This document shows, one piece after another, positions 1 to 13,317 of a stretch of 64,000 nt of DNA. Position 1 is the stretch's first letter, and each line of letters starts with the position of its first letter. This DNA comes from Candidatus Eiseniibacteriota bacterium (lineage in GTDB: Bacteria > Eisenbacteria > RBG-16-71-46): positions 128,001 to 192,000 of the forward strand of contig JBGAML010000002.1 in NCBI GenBank assembly GCA_044223005.1. The letters are read 5' to 3'. A model generated the notes under the pieces. That model searched no databases. It was not told where the DNA came from and worked only from the letters and a program-made list of their open reading frames with translations. A program made the position numbers and the translations under genes.

Positions 1-3362
<3,362 letters not shown>

Positions 3363-3380
3363 GGCGCCCACCCGAATCGC

Positions 3381-4739
3381 TCACCCCCACGCCATCGCGG
3401 CGACGCTGACGAGCGACGTGTCGCGTTCGACGCTCTGCGCGTAACCGAGCGCGCGGCCCGCGGGCGGTGCGGCGCAGCGCAGCGTGGCCCACGTCGGCGC
3501 GTAGCCGCAGATGCGCGTCGCGTCGTCCTTCTCGGCGATGACGCGGAACCACGCGTCCGCGTCGGCCGTGGCCGCCGCGGCGATCGCGGCCTCGTCGATC
3601 GCACGCACCTCGGTCATCACCTCGTCCGTGACGCGGCCGTCGCCGAAGCGCGGGCCGACGTGCGAGAAGTCGACGCCGGCCACGTAGAGCGTGGCGCCTC
3701 CGAGGGTCGCCTCGGCGTCGCGCACCGCATCGACAAGCGCCTGTACCTCGGGCGACTGCGCGGGCGTGAGGCCATCGTCGAGCAGGTGGTAGAAGCCACC
3801 GCAGAGAATCGGCACGATCGTGAACGGCCGGCCGGCGAGCCGGCGCTGCAGGTACAGCACCTGGAACTCGATCGAGTGCTCGTCGCGGTGCGAGAGCTCG
3901 CCACGGTACGCGCTGTCGCCGAGCTTCGCCGCGACGTGGTCCACGAACGCGGTGTCGGTGGTGGCCTTGCCGAGCGGCGTCTGGAAGTGCTTGCGCGTCA
4001 GCGCGTGGAAGCCGCCGACCAGGTTGTGCCCGGTGCCGAAGATCACCACGCGCAACGGCGCGGGCGGCGTCTCGCCCAGCTCGAGGTACGCACGCGCCAT
4101 GAGCGCGCCTTCGCGGCGCGGGTCGAGATGCGGCGCGAGGATCGCGCGCGGCACGTGGTTCGCCGCGGCCGCGGGTTCGCCCTTCTCGTCCCGCAGCTTC
4201 ACCGCGGCCGCGAAGTGCTCGTCGAGGAACGCTTCCAGCGCCTCGCGCTCGGCGGGGTAGGAGACGCCCTCGAGCGCGGCGGGCCGGATCTCGAGCGCGT
4301 GGTAGGCGCTCCGCGCTTCGTCGAGCGCGCGCTCGAAGCGCGGCGACTCGAGCATGAGCAGTTCGTCCAGCTGCGCGATGAAGTCGCGCACCATGTTGCC
4401 GACGCGCAGGTCCTTGCTCTCCTGCATCACGGCGGCCGAGATGTCGGTCAGCGACACGGTGCCGTCCAGCAGCTGCAGGATCGCGAGCGACTCGATGCCG
4501 AGCACGGGCTGCCCGGTCATGATGCCCATCGGGTCCTGCACGACCAGCAGTTCGCGCTCGCCGTCGCGCACGGGCAGGATCATCAGCCGGCGCAGGCGCG
4601 GGTACTCCGGCAGCTCGTCCGCACTCTCGCGCACCGCGCCGGGCGGCAGGATGATGCGCGGCTTTTCCGTCGGCTCGGGCTCGGCGCCGGGAATGATGAG
4701 GCGCGACTTGGCGGGCGGATCGTCGTCGAGCGGAACCAT
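3381..4739 (-). CDS. amrB: AmmeMemoRadiSam system protein B (MEMO1 family), long form
   Basis: APHLD, GTGH, HRDEHSIEFQ, GVDFSHVGPRFGD and TRICG motifs. ATG 4739 has GGGAG upstream. Confidence 0.88.
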   Translation of the reverse strand: MVPLDDDPPAKSRLIIPGAEPEPTEKPRIILPPGAVRESADELPEYPRLRRLMILPVRDGERELLVVQDPMGIMTGQPVLGIESLAILQLLDGTVSLTDISAAVMQESKDLRVGNMVRDFIAQLDELLMLESPRFERALDEARSAYHALEIRPAALEGVSYPAEREALEAFLDEHFAAAVKLRDEKGEPAAAANHVPRAILAPHLDPRREGALMARAYLELGETPPAPLRVVIFGTGHNLVGGFHALTRKHFQTPLGKATTDTAFVDHVAAKLGDSAYRGELSHRDEHSIEFQVLYLQRRLAGRPFTIVPILCGGFYHLLDDGLTPAQSPEVQALVDAVRDAEATLGGATLYVAGVDFSHVGPRFGDGRVTDEVMTEVRAIDEAAIAAAATADADAWFRVIAEKDDATRICGYAPTWATLRCAAPPAGRALGYAQSVERDTSLVSVAAMAWG

Positions 4740-4920
4740 GGCACTCCCGGTGGTTGGGAAATCGGAGGTCGGCGGAGCGCGCAGTGTATCCGCGGCCCGC
4801 GAGCCCCTCAAACGCGCCGCGGCCCCGCGTCCGCGCTCCGGGCGCGCGGGCCGGGCGTTCGCCGGTGGGGCCAGATTCCGCGTGCGTTCCCGGCGCGCTT
4901 GCTTCAAGATGCCCCGCTCA

Positions 4921-5421
4921 ATGACCACACAGGCGATGGCGAAGCTGCTGGACTCGTATCTCACCGACCTCGAGGGCCAGCCCGGATTCTGGCGGGGCGC
5001 CCGCAACGAGGTTCCCGTTTTCGTCTTCAGCGACGACGAGCACGACCGCATGCGGATCATGTCGCCGATCGGCGTGATCGAGGAACTCGACGCGGACCTG
5101 CTCCACGTGCTGCTGCAGGCCAACTACGACCGGGCGCTCGACGCGCGCTACGCCATGCGCGGAAACGAGCTGTGGGCCGTCGTGGTGCACCCCCTCGCCA
5201 CGCTGGCCACGGACGACCTGCCGAGCCTGTTCGACCAGGTCGTGATGCTGGCCAAGAACACGGGGACCACGTTCGCCTCCACGGAGCTGGTGTTCCGCTC
5301 GTTCCCCGAGCAGGATTTCGCCATCGAGACCGAGGAGGAATCGGACGAAAACGGTGGGAACGAAGAGGGCGACGACGAGGGCGAAGCGCCCGACGACGAA
5401 GGAGATTCCGGCAAGCGATGA
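4921..5421 (+). CDS. Hypothetical protein, YbjN / type III chaperone-like fold with acidic tail
   Basis: RMRIMSPI...LLQANYDRALDARYA...LWAVVVHPL pattern; Glu/Asp-rich C-terminus. ATG 4909 is an alternative start. Confidence 0.7.
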   Translation: MTTQAMAKLLDSYLTDLEGQPGFWRGARNEVPVFVFSDDEHDRMRIMSPIGVIEELDADLLHVLLQANYDRALDARYAMRGNELWAVVVHPLATLATDDLPSLFDQVVMLAKNTGTTFASTELVFRSFPEQDFAIETEEESDENGGNEEGDDEGEAPDDEGDSGKR

Positions 5422-6284
5422 ACCCGGCACAGGGATCCGTGACGGCGATCGGCATCGACGTTCGCATCGACAGTTCGCTCACCCTGCCCGGCCGCGTGTG
5501 GTGTGCCGAGCGGCCGCGGGCACTCGTCGCGATCGTCCACGGCCTCGGCGAGCACAGCGGCCGCTACGCGGCGCTGGCGTCCGACCTGGTGGCGCGCGCG
5601 CGCTGCACGGTGGTCGCGCTCGACCTGCCCGGCCACGGCGAGGCGCCCGGCCCGCGCGGCGACATGCCGTCGTGGACGCACGTGCGCGACCGCGTGATCC
5701 CGGCGATGTTCACCGCGACGCGCGGACTCCCGGACCAGCCGTTCGAACTGCCGCCGGTCCTGCTCGGCCACAGCATGGGCGGCGCGCTCGCGCTCGACTA
5801 CGCGCTCGCGCATCCGCGTGACCTCAAGGCGGTGATCCTGAGCGCGCCCGCGGTCAAGACGAAGCTGCCGCCGTGGTGGCAGCTGGCGCTCGCCAACGTC
5901 GCCCGCTCCACGGCGCCGTCGACGGGCTTCGCCAACGGGCTCGACCTCTCGGGGCTCAGCCGCGACGAGGAAGTGGTGCGCGCGTACAAGAGCGATCCGC
6001 GCGTGCACGACCGCATCAGCCCGCGCCTCTACTTCGATTTCCGCGAGGCCGGCCAGCGCTGCCTGCGCGACACGCGCGGGCTGCAGGTGCCGACGCTCGT
6101 CTATCAGGGCATGGCGGACCGGCTGATCGACAAGCAGGGCGCGCTCGAACTTTCGGTCGCCGCCGGCGCCGCGATCCGGCTCGTCACCCTGCCGGACCGC
6201 TACCACGAGCTCTTCAACGACCCGGGCCGCGACGAGGTCGTGAAGGACCTCGCCGCCTGGCTGGACGCCGCGCTGGTCGTCTGA
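5418..6284 (+). CDS. Alpha/beta hydrolase, lysophospholipase / monoglyceride lipase-like
   Basis: VHGLGEHSGRY, DLPGHG, GHSMGG nucleophile and YHELFND; ATGA overlap with the upstream gene. Confidence 0.92.
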   Translation: MNPAQGSVTAIGIDVRIDSSLTLPGRVWCAERPRALVAIVHGLGEHSGRYAALASDLVARARCTVVALDLPGHGEAPGPRGDMPSWTHVRDRVIPAMFTATRGLPDQPFELPPVLLGHSMGGALALDYALAHPRDLKAVILSAPAVKTKLPPWWQLALANVARSTAPSTGFANGLDLSGLSRDEEVVRAYKSDPRVHDRISPRLYFDFREAGQRCLRDTRGLQVPTLVYQGMADRLIDKQGALELSVAAGAAIRLVTLPDRYHELFNDPGRDEVVKDLAAWLDAALVV

Positions 6285-6301
6285 AGCGCGCCGGGCGCGC
6301 G

Positions 6302-6883
6302 GTGGCTGCGCTCGCGGGCCGCGCAACGCTGGCGCTCGCCGCCGCCTCGCTGGCGCTGCTGGTGCCCGGGCTGCTCGAGCGGCCGCAGCGCGCCGACGTC
6401 ATCGTCGTGCTCGGCTCCTACGTGCGGCGCGACGGCTCGCCGTCGCCGCGGCTGCAGGCGAGGCTCGACCGCGGCGTCGCCGACTGGCGAGCCGGCTACG
6501 CGCCGGTGATCGTGGTCTCGAGCGGCGTGTTCGACGGTCTGGACGAGGCCGCGGCCATGCGCCGCTACGCGCTCGCGCAGGGCGTGCCCGACTCGTGCGT
6601 CGTCGCCGATCCGCACGGCCGCAACACCTGGGAGACCGCGCGCTTCGTGCGCGCGTGGCTCGATCAGCACCACGGCCGCTCGGCGCTGGCGGTGTCGCAG
6701 CGCTTCCACCTGCTGCGCTGCCGGATCGCGCTGCACCGGTTCGGCGTGCCGCTCGTCTCGACGGACGGGCCCGATTACTATGAATGGCGCGACCTGCTCG
6801 CGATGCCGCGCGAGGTCGCTGCCCTCGTGAAGTACGTGTTCCGGCCGGCACCGCGCCGGTCCGCCTCCGGAGGAACCCCGTGA
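6302..6883 (+). CDS. YdcF (DUF218) family protein
   Basis: ADVIVVLG, SPRLQARLD, EAAAMRRY, NTWE and VSQRFHLLR after an N-terminal TM. Start uncertain (GTG 6302 or CTG 6281). Confidence 0.85.
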   Translation: MAALAGRATLALAAASLALLVPGLLERPQRADVIVVLGSYVRRDGSPSPRLQARLDRGVADWRAGYAPVIVVSSGVFDGLDEAAAMRRYALAQGVPDSCVVADPHGRNTWETARFVRAWLDQHHGRSALAVSQRFHLLRCRIALHRFGVPLVSTDGPDYYEWRDLLAMPREVAALVKYVFRPAPRRSASGGTP

Positions 6884-7554
6884 CCGCTGGACCCCGAGTC
6901 GTCTCCGTCCGCATCGGCCGCGTGCGCGAACTGCCGCGCCCCGAGTGGGACCACCACGCCGAGCGCACGTGGCGCACGGGTTACCTCAAGGAAGAAGTCG
7001 CGGGCCCGGTGCGCGTGCAGCGGCTCGGCATGCCCGGCGACGAGGTCGCGGACCTGCGCCACCACGGCGGCGAGCAGATGGCGGTGCTCATGTACTGCGA
7101 CGCGCACTACGCGGAGTGGCGCACGCAGCCGGGGCTCGAGGCGATGGGCCCGGGCGCGTTCGGCGAGAACCTCGCGGTGACGGGCTTCGACGAGTGGAGC
7201 GTCGCGATCGGCGACGTGCTGAAGGTGGGCGACGTCGAGTTCGAGGTCAGTTCGCCGCGCGCCCCGTGCGCCGCGATCTCGCGCGTCTGGAACCAGCCGG
7301 ACCTGCTCGCGCGCGTGGTCGCGAACGGCCGCTCGGGCTGGTACCTGCGCGTGCGGCGCGAGGGCTCGCTCGCGGTGGGCGACGCGGTGGAACGGCTCGC
7401 ACATCCGCACCCGGAGTGGACGGTCGCGCGGGTCTCGGCCGCGCGCGTCGCCGGGCCGAAGGCGCACGCCGACGCGCGTGCGCTCGCGGACCTCGCCGCG
7501 CTCTCGCCGGAGTGGCGCGAGCTCTTCGCGCGCAACGCCGCCGCGGGCGCCTGA
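6880..7554 (+). CDS. MOSC domain protein (YiiM-like)
   Basis: GDEVADLRHHGG, GAFGENL, PRAPC and GRSGWYLRV; GTGA overlap with GGAGG upstream. Confidence 0.92.
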   Translation: MTAGPRVVSVRIGRVRELPRPEWDHHAERTWRTGYLKEEVAGPVRVQRLGMPGDEVADLRHHGGEQMAVLMYCDAHYAEWRTQPGLEAMGPGAFGENLAVTGFDEWSVAIGDVLKVGDVEFEVSSPRAPCAAISRVWNQPDLLARVVANGRSGWYLRVRREGSLAVGDAVERLAHPHPEWTVARVSAARVAGPKAHADARALADLAALSPEWRELFARNAAAGA

Positions 7555-7603
7555 GGCCGCCACCGGGCGCGCGGCCTCGCGACCGCGCGCCCGGCCGGAT
7601 CGC

Positions 7604-9088
7604 TCAGCCCAGCAGCGTGCGCATCGCTCCATCCCAGCGCGCGAGCTCGGCGGCGCGCCAGCGCGCGTCGCGCTTCGGGCGGAACTCGCGCTCGAGCCTC
7701 CGCGCGGCGTCCAGTTCGCGGTGCGAGCGCCAGAACCCGGTCGCGAGCCCGGCCAGCAGGCCCGCGCCGAGCGCGGTGGTCTCGATCACGCGCGGCCGGC
7801 GCACGGGGACGCCGAGCAGGTCGGCCTGGTACTGCATGAGCCAGCCGTTCGCGACCGCGCCGCCGTCCACCTGCAGCGCGCGCACGCGCGAGCCGGCGTC
7901 GCGCGCCATCGCCTCGACGAGATCGCGGCTCTGGAACGCCAGCGACTCGAGCGCGGCGCGCACGAGGTGCGCGCGCGTCGTGCCGCGTGTCAGTCCGAGC
8001 AGCGCGCCGCGCACGTCGGGGCGCCAGTGCGGCGCGCCGAGCCCGGCGAACGCGGGCACGAGCACGACGCCGCCCGCGTCGGGCACCGAGCGCGCCATCG
8101 CTTCGCTCTCGGCCGCGGAGCCGAGCAGCCCGAGGCCATCGCGCAGCCACTGAATCGCGGCGCCCGCGACGAACACGCTGCCTTCGAGCGCATAAGCGGC
8201 CTCGCCGCGCGGTCCGCAGGCCACGGTGGTGAGCAACCCGGCGCGCGAGTGCACGGGGCGCGAGCCGGTGTGCAGCAGCAGGAAGCAGCCGGTGCCGTAC
8301 GTGTTCTTGCTCTGCCCGGGCTGCACGCAGCCCTGGCCGAAGAGCGCGGCCTGCTGGTCGCCCGCCACGCCCGCGACGGGCACGCCGTCGGGCACGATGC
8401 GCGCGGCGCGCGTGACGCCGTAGTCGCCCGCCGAGGGCCGCACCTGCGGCAGCACGTTCGCGGGCACGCCGAAGCGGGCGAGCAGCGCGGGATCCCAGCG
8501 CCGCGAGCGCAGCGCGAACAGCAGCGTGCGTGAGGCGTTGGTGGGATCGGTGGCGTGCACGAGCCCGCCGGTGAGCTTCCAGACGAGCCAGCTGTCCACG
8601 GTGCCGAACGCGAGCCGCCCGCGCGCAGCCAGCCGCCGCGCGCTCGCGTGGTGCGCGAGCAGCCACTCGAGCTTGGTGGCGCTGAAGTAGGGATCGCACA
8701 CGAGCCCCGTGCGCGCGCGGATCGTGCGCTCGTGGCGCTTCAGTTCCGCGCAGCGCGGTGAGGTGCGGCGATCCTGCCAGACGATCGCGCGTGCAACGGG
8801 TTCGCCGGTCGCGCGGTCCCAGAGCAGCGTGGTCTCGCGCTGGTTCGTGATCCCGATGGCGGCGATGCGCGTCCGCGGCACGCGCGCGGCGGCGAGCGCG
8901 CGCGGCACCGCGCGCAGCACGGTGTCCCAGATCTCGTCGGGATCGTGTTCGACCCAGCCGGGCTTCGGGAAATGCTGCGGCAACTCGGCGTAGCCGCGGC
9001 CGCGCACGGCGCCGCGGCGGTCGAGCAGCAGTGCGGTCGTGCCCGTGGTGCCCTGGTCGATGGCGAGAACCAGTCCGTCGCGTTCCAT
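7604..9088 (-). CDS. glpK: Glycerol kinase
   Basis: [43 protein letters not shown] and ETTALG; GGAGG RBS. Confidence 0.97.
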   Translation of the reverse strand: MERDGLVLAIDQGTTGTTALLLDRRGAVRGRGYAELPQHFPKPGWVEHDPDEIWDTVLRAVPRALAAARVPRTRIAAIGITNQRETTLLWDRATGEPVARAIVWQDRRTSPRCAELKRHERTIRARTGLVCDPYFSATKLEWLLAHHASARRLAARGRLAFGTVDSWLVWKLTGGLVHATDPTNASRTLLFALRSRRWDPALLARFGVPANVLPQVRPSAGDYGVTRAARIVPDGVPVAGVAGDQQAALFGQGCVQPGQSKNTYGTGCFLLLHTGSRPVHSRAGLLTTVACGPRGEAAYALEGSVFVAGAAIQWLRDGLGLLGSAAESEAMARSVPDAGGVVLVPAFAGLGAPHWRPDVRGALLGLTRGTTRAHLVRAALESLAFQSRDLVEAMARDAGSRVRALQVDGGAVANGWLMQYQADLLGVPVRRPRVIETTALGAGLLAGLATGFWRSHRELDAARRLEREFRPKRDARWRAAELARWDGAMRTLLG

Positions 9089-9141
9089 CGCGATGCCTCC
9101 CGTATCGTGCCACGGCGGCCGCCTCGGGCCGCCGGGCGGGC

Positions 9142-10596
9142 TCACGCCTGCTCCAACGCCTGGGCGAGGAGCGCCTGCTCCTCGCGCACCGATGCCTCGT
9201 AGTGGTCGCGTTCCTCGCGTTCGCGCTCGGGGCTCCAGCCGAGCCGGCGGCCGAGCGCGGCGGCCACGTCCGCGGCCACGCCGAGGCCGCGGTCGTCGTC
9301 GAGCCAGCGCGTGCTGCGCCGCCGCAGCACGTCGGCGAGCGTGCGCGCGAACTCGCGCTCCGCCGCGTGCGCGCCGAGTGCGACGCCGTCGGCGTCGGCG
9401 GGCAGCGGCGGCGGCAGCGGCTCCGCCGGATCGTGCAGCGCGCCGGGCGGCAGCCCGCGCAGCCGCGCGACCTCGGCCAGCGCGTCGCGTGCCATGAGCC
9501 GGAACGTCGTGTACTTGCCGCCCGCGATCGTCACCACGGGCCCGTCCACGAACACGCGGTGCTCGCGCGAGGCGCCACCGACGTCGCGCCCCGAGCCGAG
9601 CAGCGGCCGCACGCCCGCGAAGACGGCGAGCGGTTTCGCGGCGGCCGCCGCCGGCACGATGCGCGTGACCTCGCTCGCGAGGTAGCGGATCTCGTCCAGC
9701 GCGGGCCGCGTGTCGGCCTCGGCGAGCGGCGAGCCCACCTCGACCTCCGTCGTGCCGACGATCGATCGCCCGGCGAACGGGATCACGAAGAAGACGCGCC
9801 CGTCGCGTTCCGCCCGCGCCACGACGCCGTGCCCGCGCGTGAGCGCGGGGTAGACGAGGTGCGTGCCGCGTGAAGGACGCAGGTGCGGCGTCGGGTCGGC
9901 GGAGCCGGGCCAGAGCATGCGGCCGAGTTCGCGCCGCGTGAGGTCGCTCCACGGCCCGGTGGCGTTGACCAGCGCGCGCGCCTCGAACCTCAGTTCCTCG
10001 CGGGTCTCGCGGTCGCGGGCGATCACTTCGACGCCGCCGTCGGCGGCGGGCCGGGCGGAGGTGATCTCGACGTACGTGTGGATCGCGGCGCCGTGTGCCG
10101 CCGCGTCGCGCGCGACGGCGACGGCGAGCCGGGCGTCGTCCACGACGGCGTCGGAGTAGAGCCCGGCGCCCTCGAACGCGGCCGCCGCGAGCGCGGGCTC
10201 CAGCACGGGCACTTCGCTCGTGCGCACCATGGCGTGCGGGCTCAGCGCGTCACGGCCGGCGAGCAGGTCGTAGAGCGCCAACCCCGCGCGGAGCTTCCAC
10301 GCCGGCGTGCCCTGGCCGCGGCGGACGGGAACCACGAAGCGCGCGGGGCGGGCGAGGCCCGGCGCCATGCGCGAAACGGCGGCGCGCTCGTGCAGCGCCT
10401 GGCGCACCAGCGCGAACTGCCCGTGCTCGAGGTAGCGCAGGCCGCCGTGCAGCATGTGGCTGCTCGCGCCGCTCGCGCCCGAGGCGATGTCGCCGCGTTC
10501 GAGCACGGCGACGCGCCAGCCGTTGCGCGCCGCGAGGCGCGCCGTCCCGAGCCCGACGATGCCGCCGCCGAGGACGAGGACGTCGAGTGCGCTCAC
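9142..10596 (-). CDS. glpD: FAD-dependent glycerol-3-phosphate dehydrogenase
   Basis: GGGIVG FAD motif, [24 protein letters not shown] and GGKYTTFR; adjacent to glpK. Confidence 0.93.
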   Translation of the reverse strand: MSALDVLVLGGGIVGLGTARLAARNGWRVAVLERGDIASGASGASSHMLHGGLRYLEHGQFALVRQALHERAAVSRMAPGLARPARFVVPVRRGQGTPAWKLRAGLALYDLLAGRDALSPHAMVRTSEVPVLEPALAAAAFEGAGLYSDAVVDDARLAVAVARDAAAHGAAIHTYVEITSARPAADGGVEVIARDRETREELRFEARALVNATGPWSDLTRRELGRMLWPGSADPTPHLRPSRGTHLVYPALTRGHGVVARAERDGRVFFVIPFAGRSIVGTTEVEVGSPLAEADTRPALDEIRYLASEVTRIVPAAAAAKPLAVFAGVRPLLGSGRDVGGASREHRVFVDGPVVTIAGGKYTTFRLMARDALAEVARLRGLPPGALHDPAEPLPPPLPADADGVALGAHAAEREFARTLADVLRRRSTRWLDDDRGLGVAADVAAALGRRLGWSPEREREERDHYEASVREEQALLAQALEQA

Positions 10597-11288
10597 GCGG
10601 GCTCGTCGGCTCCGAGCGCGTCGTCCAGCGCCCGCTGCAGGTCGCCGAACTTCCCGCGGTAGTCCACCTCGGCACGCGCGATCACCTCGCGCGCGGTCTC
10701 GGCGCCGTAGACGCCTGCCAGCTGCACGCGCGCGCCGGGGGTCCCGGGCATGTCCTTGTAGGTGAGGAAGTAGTGCTGGATACGGTCGATCAGCACCGGT
10801 GGGCAGTGCTCGAGTTCGCTCCAGCCCTCGTAGGTGGGGTCGCTCTCCAGCACGGCGATGATCTTGTCGTCCACTTCGTCGCCGTCGAACATGCGCAGCC
10901 CGCCGATCGGGCGCGCGCGCACCACGACGCCGCCGTGGTTGATCGCGCGCTCGGTCAGCACGCAGATGTCGAGCGGATCCTGGTCGCCGCGCAAGCCCGC
11001 GCGGCCCGTGGCCTTGGCCGCGAGCGCGGCCACCGAATCGCCGCAGAGCGTGCGCGGAATGAACCCGTAGGGTTCGGGCGAGAGGCTGGAGTAGCGCTGC
11101 GGCCGGTCGAGCTTGAGGATGCCGCTGCGTTTGTCGATCTCGTATTTCACCGTGTCCGCGGGAACGAGTTCGATGTAGACGGTCACGACGCCGGGAGCCT
11201 GCGCGCCGATCGAGAGTCCGTGCCAGGGATGCGACTGGTAGAGCAGGCCCAGGAGTCGCGTGACGTCGTCGGGCCGGGAGTCGTTCAC
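10593..11288 (-). CDS. ppa: Inorganic pyrophosphatase (family I)
   Basis: HPWHG, KYEIDK, YGFIPRT, GDQDPLDI and DDKIIAV motifs. Confidence 0.93.
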   Translation of the reverse strand: MNDSRPDDVTRLLGLLYQSHPWHGLSIGAQAPGVVTVYIELVPADTVKYEIDKRSGILKLDRPQRYSSLSPEPYGFIPRTLCGDSVAALAAKATGRAGLRGDQDPLDICVLTERAINHGGVVVRARPIGGLRMFDGDEVDDKIIAVLESDPTYEGWSELEHCPPVLIDRIQHYFLTYKDMPGTPGARVQLAGVYGAETAREVIARAEVDYRGKFGDLQRALDDALGADEPA

Positions 11289-12193
11289 TTCGTGCCGCCT
11301 CCATCGTTGGTCGCGGGACCGGGCGTGATCGTCTGCACGCGTTCGAAATAGTTGAGCGGCTTCTCGACGGCCGAATAGCGCGTGACGCCCGTCACCTGCC
11401 CGCGCTTGATGGCCTCGGCGACGGGCCTGGGCCCGTACTTGCGCACGAACTCGAGCAGGCCCTTGACGTCGCCGAAGTCGACCAGGCGGTCGGCCATCCA
11501 CTGCGACAGCACGAGCGTCTTGCGGCTGGGATCGAGCGTGACGAAACGGGGCAGGGCGAGCGCGTTGCGCGTCGCCGCGTCGAGCTGGATCTCGAGCGAC
11601 TCCGGCTTGAACGCACGCGCGAGCAGCGGCGGACCACCGATGCGCGCGGGGCAGATCGCGAACTGCAGCCGCGGATCGCCGCCGACCTGCCGGCGCACGT
11701 GCGAGAACGCCGTGTCGCCGTAGAAGAAGATGCGCTCGAACTCGTCCAGCGAATACGACTGGCCGTCGATGTCCAGCACCCGCGTGCCGAAGAACAGGCC
11801 GCGCCGCGCGTCGATCTGGTCCACGGTCTTGTAGCGCTGGAAGTCGTGCTTCGGCACCAGCAGGCCGCGGGTAACCCGCTCGAGTACCGAGAAGTTGTAG
11901 AGGTTCAACGCCCAGGCGAGCCGTTCCTTCGGCATCATGCGCGACGGCTGCGCCGCGAACATCATCGCGTGGATGCGGTCGAGGCGGTCCGAGGTCTTCT
12001 TGGTCCAGATCTTCTCGTCCACGTACAGCTGGCCGTAGTCGAACTTCGAGTCGTACGGCTGGCCCTTGGCCTGGATCGGCCGAACGTAGAGGTCCAGCAG
12101 CTCCTGGTAGTCCTGCAGGCCGGGCAGGGGCTCGGCGAGAGCGTTCGTGGTGACGAGGGCGAGAAGCGCGACGACGAGGGCGTTGCGGAACAT
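11285..12193 (-). CDS. Secreted DUF547 domain protein
   Basis: Signal peptide; LAWALNLYN, SLDEFE and DPRLQFAICPARIGGPPL resemble DUF547. Confidence 0.8.
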   Translation of the reverse strand: MFRNALVVALLALVTTNALAEPLPGLQDYQELLDLYVRPIQAKGQPYDSKFDYGQLYVDEKIWTKKTSDRLDRIHAMMFAAQPSRMMPKERLAWALNLYNFSVLERVTRGLLVPKHDFQRYKTVDQIDARRGLFFGTRVLDIDGQSYSLDEFERIFFYGDTAFSHVRRQVGGDPRLQFAICPARIGGPPLLARAFKPESLEIQLDAATRNALALPRFVTLDPSRKTLVLSQWMADRLVDFGDVKGLLEFVRKYGPRPVAEAIKRGQVTGVTRYSAVEKPLNYFERVQTITPGPATNDGGGTK

Positions 12194-12373
12194 GCGCGGA
12201 CGTCTCCGTGCGTTTCGAATCGGGGTGTGGAGGCGAGCGGCGAGCGGCGATCCCTGATCCTATCGCGACCGATTCACGCACCGCCAGCCGAACGTGCCGG
12301 ACCGGACATCGCCGGGACACGGCGCGTCTTCGATCGCGCGGAACGCCGCTCTCCCGGCGGGTCCTGTAAGGGC

Positions 12374-12402
12374 TTGGTCAGGTCCGGTGTTCCGATTAGG
12401 CT
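12374..12402 (+). promoter_or_regulatory. Sigma70-type promoter, probably leaderless, for the 12409 gene
   Basis: TTGGTC-N17-TAGGCT, 6 nt before ATG 12409; no SD. Confidence 0.55.
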
Positions 12403-12408
12403 TCGCCC

Positions 12409-12894
12409 ATGTCCAGTCCCCCGATTCGGACGCCCGCACTCGTGCGTGGCCTGTCGCTGGTGGTCGTCGTCGCGGCGATCGCCGTCTACCTGTGGCCGTT
12501 CGGCCGCTCGCACGCGCCGGCACCGGCGCCGCACGCCGCCACCGCGCCCGCCGCGTCGACGCCCGTCGCGTCCGCGCCGGTTCCGGAGACTGCCGGGTGG
12601 GGCGAAGCGGTCGGCTTCCGATCGCCGGCGAAGCTCGAGGAGCACTTCCGCAAGCACGGTGCCGAGTTCCGCGTCGCGTCGGCGGAGGAATACCTGCGGC
12701 TCGCCCAGTCGCTGCGGGACGCGCCGGTGGGCGGCGAGATCCTCGAGCTCGTGCGCGACGACGGGACACGCAGCCGCTTCGATCGCGCGACGGGGGCGTT
12801 CGTCGCCTTCGACGCCGACGGGACGATCCGCACGTTCTTCCGCCCGAACGACGGCCTGCGCTACTTCGAGCGACAGGCCGACCGCCCGCACTGA
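12409..12894 (+). CDS. Membrane-anchored protein with pyocin/colicin-like (BECR-type) putative nuclease domain
   Basis: TM segment, Pro/Ala linker, then KLEEHFRKHGAEF...EEYLRLA...GTIRTFFRP...YFERQ. Confidence 0.7.
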   Translation: MSSPPIRTPALVRGLSLVVVVAAIAVYLWPFGRSHAPAPAPHAATAPAASTPVASAPVPETAGWGEAVGFRSPAKLEEHFRKHGAEFRVASAEEYLRLAQSLRDAPVGGEILELVRDDGTRSRFDRATGAFVAFDADGTIRTFFRPNDGLRYFERQADRPH

Positions 12895-12895
12895 C

Positions 12896-13294
12896 ATGGC
12901 CACCGCCGACGAGGTGAGCCGCTTCCTGCGCGACCGCGGGATCGCCGACGAAGTCGTGGCCGAAGGCGTGGAGGGCCTCGTCGCGCGCTGGGAACAGGCC
13001 GCGCGCGAAGCCGAGCGGGAGCGCTATCCGTTCGGTGTGGAGGACTGGCTCAACGACCTCGACGGCCGCCAGCTGCTGCACGAACTCGCGCGCGCCGTGA
13101 AGGGGGCGCTCTCGGGCCCGATGGCGGCACGCCTCGACGAAGCCGACCAGCGCGTTCGCGCCGCCACGGAGATCGCGGGCGAGTGCCTCTGGGGGGACGG
13201 GCTCGCGAAGCGCATGCAATGGAAGCCCGGCGTGGAGTGGTGGTACTGGCGCACGCCGCGCGTCGTGGACGAGGACTTCGCCGGCGGCGATTGA
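12896..13294 (+). CDS. Hypothetical acidic protein (candidate immunity/partner)
   Basis: 132-aa ORF MATADEVSRF...EDWLNDLDGR...WWYWRTP starts 1 nt after the previous stop. Confidence 0.75.
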   Translation: MATADEVSRFLRDRGIADEVVAEGVEGLVARWEQAAREAERERYPFGVEDWLNDLDGRQLLHELARAVKGALSGPMAARLDEADQRVRAATEIAGECLWGDGLAKRMQWKPGVEWWYWRTPRVVDEDFAGGD

Positions 13295-13317
13295 CGCCGC
13301 CCGCACGGGGAGACGTC

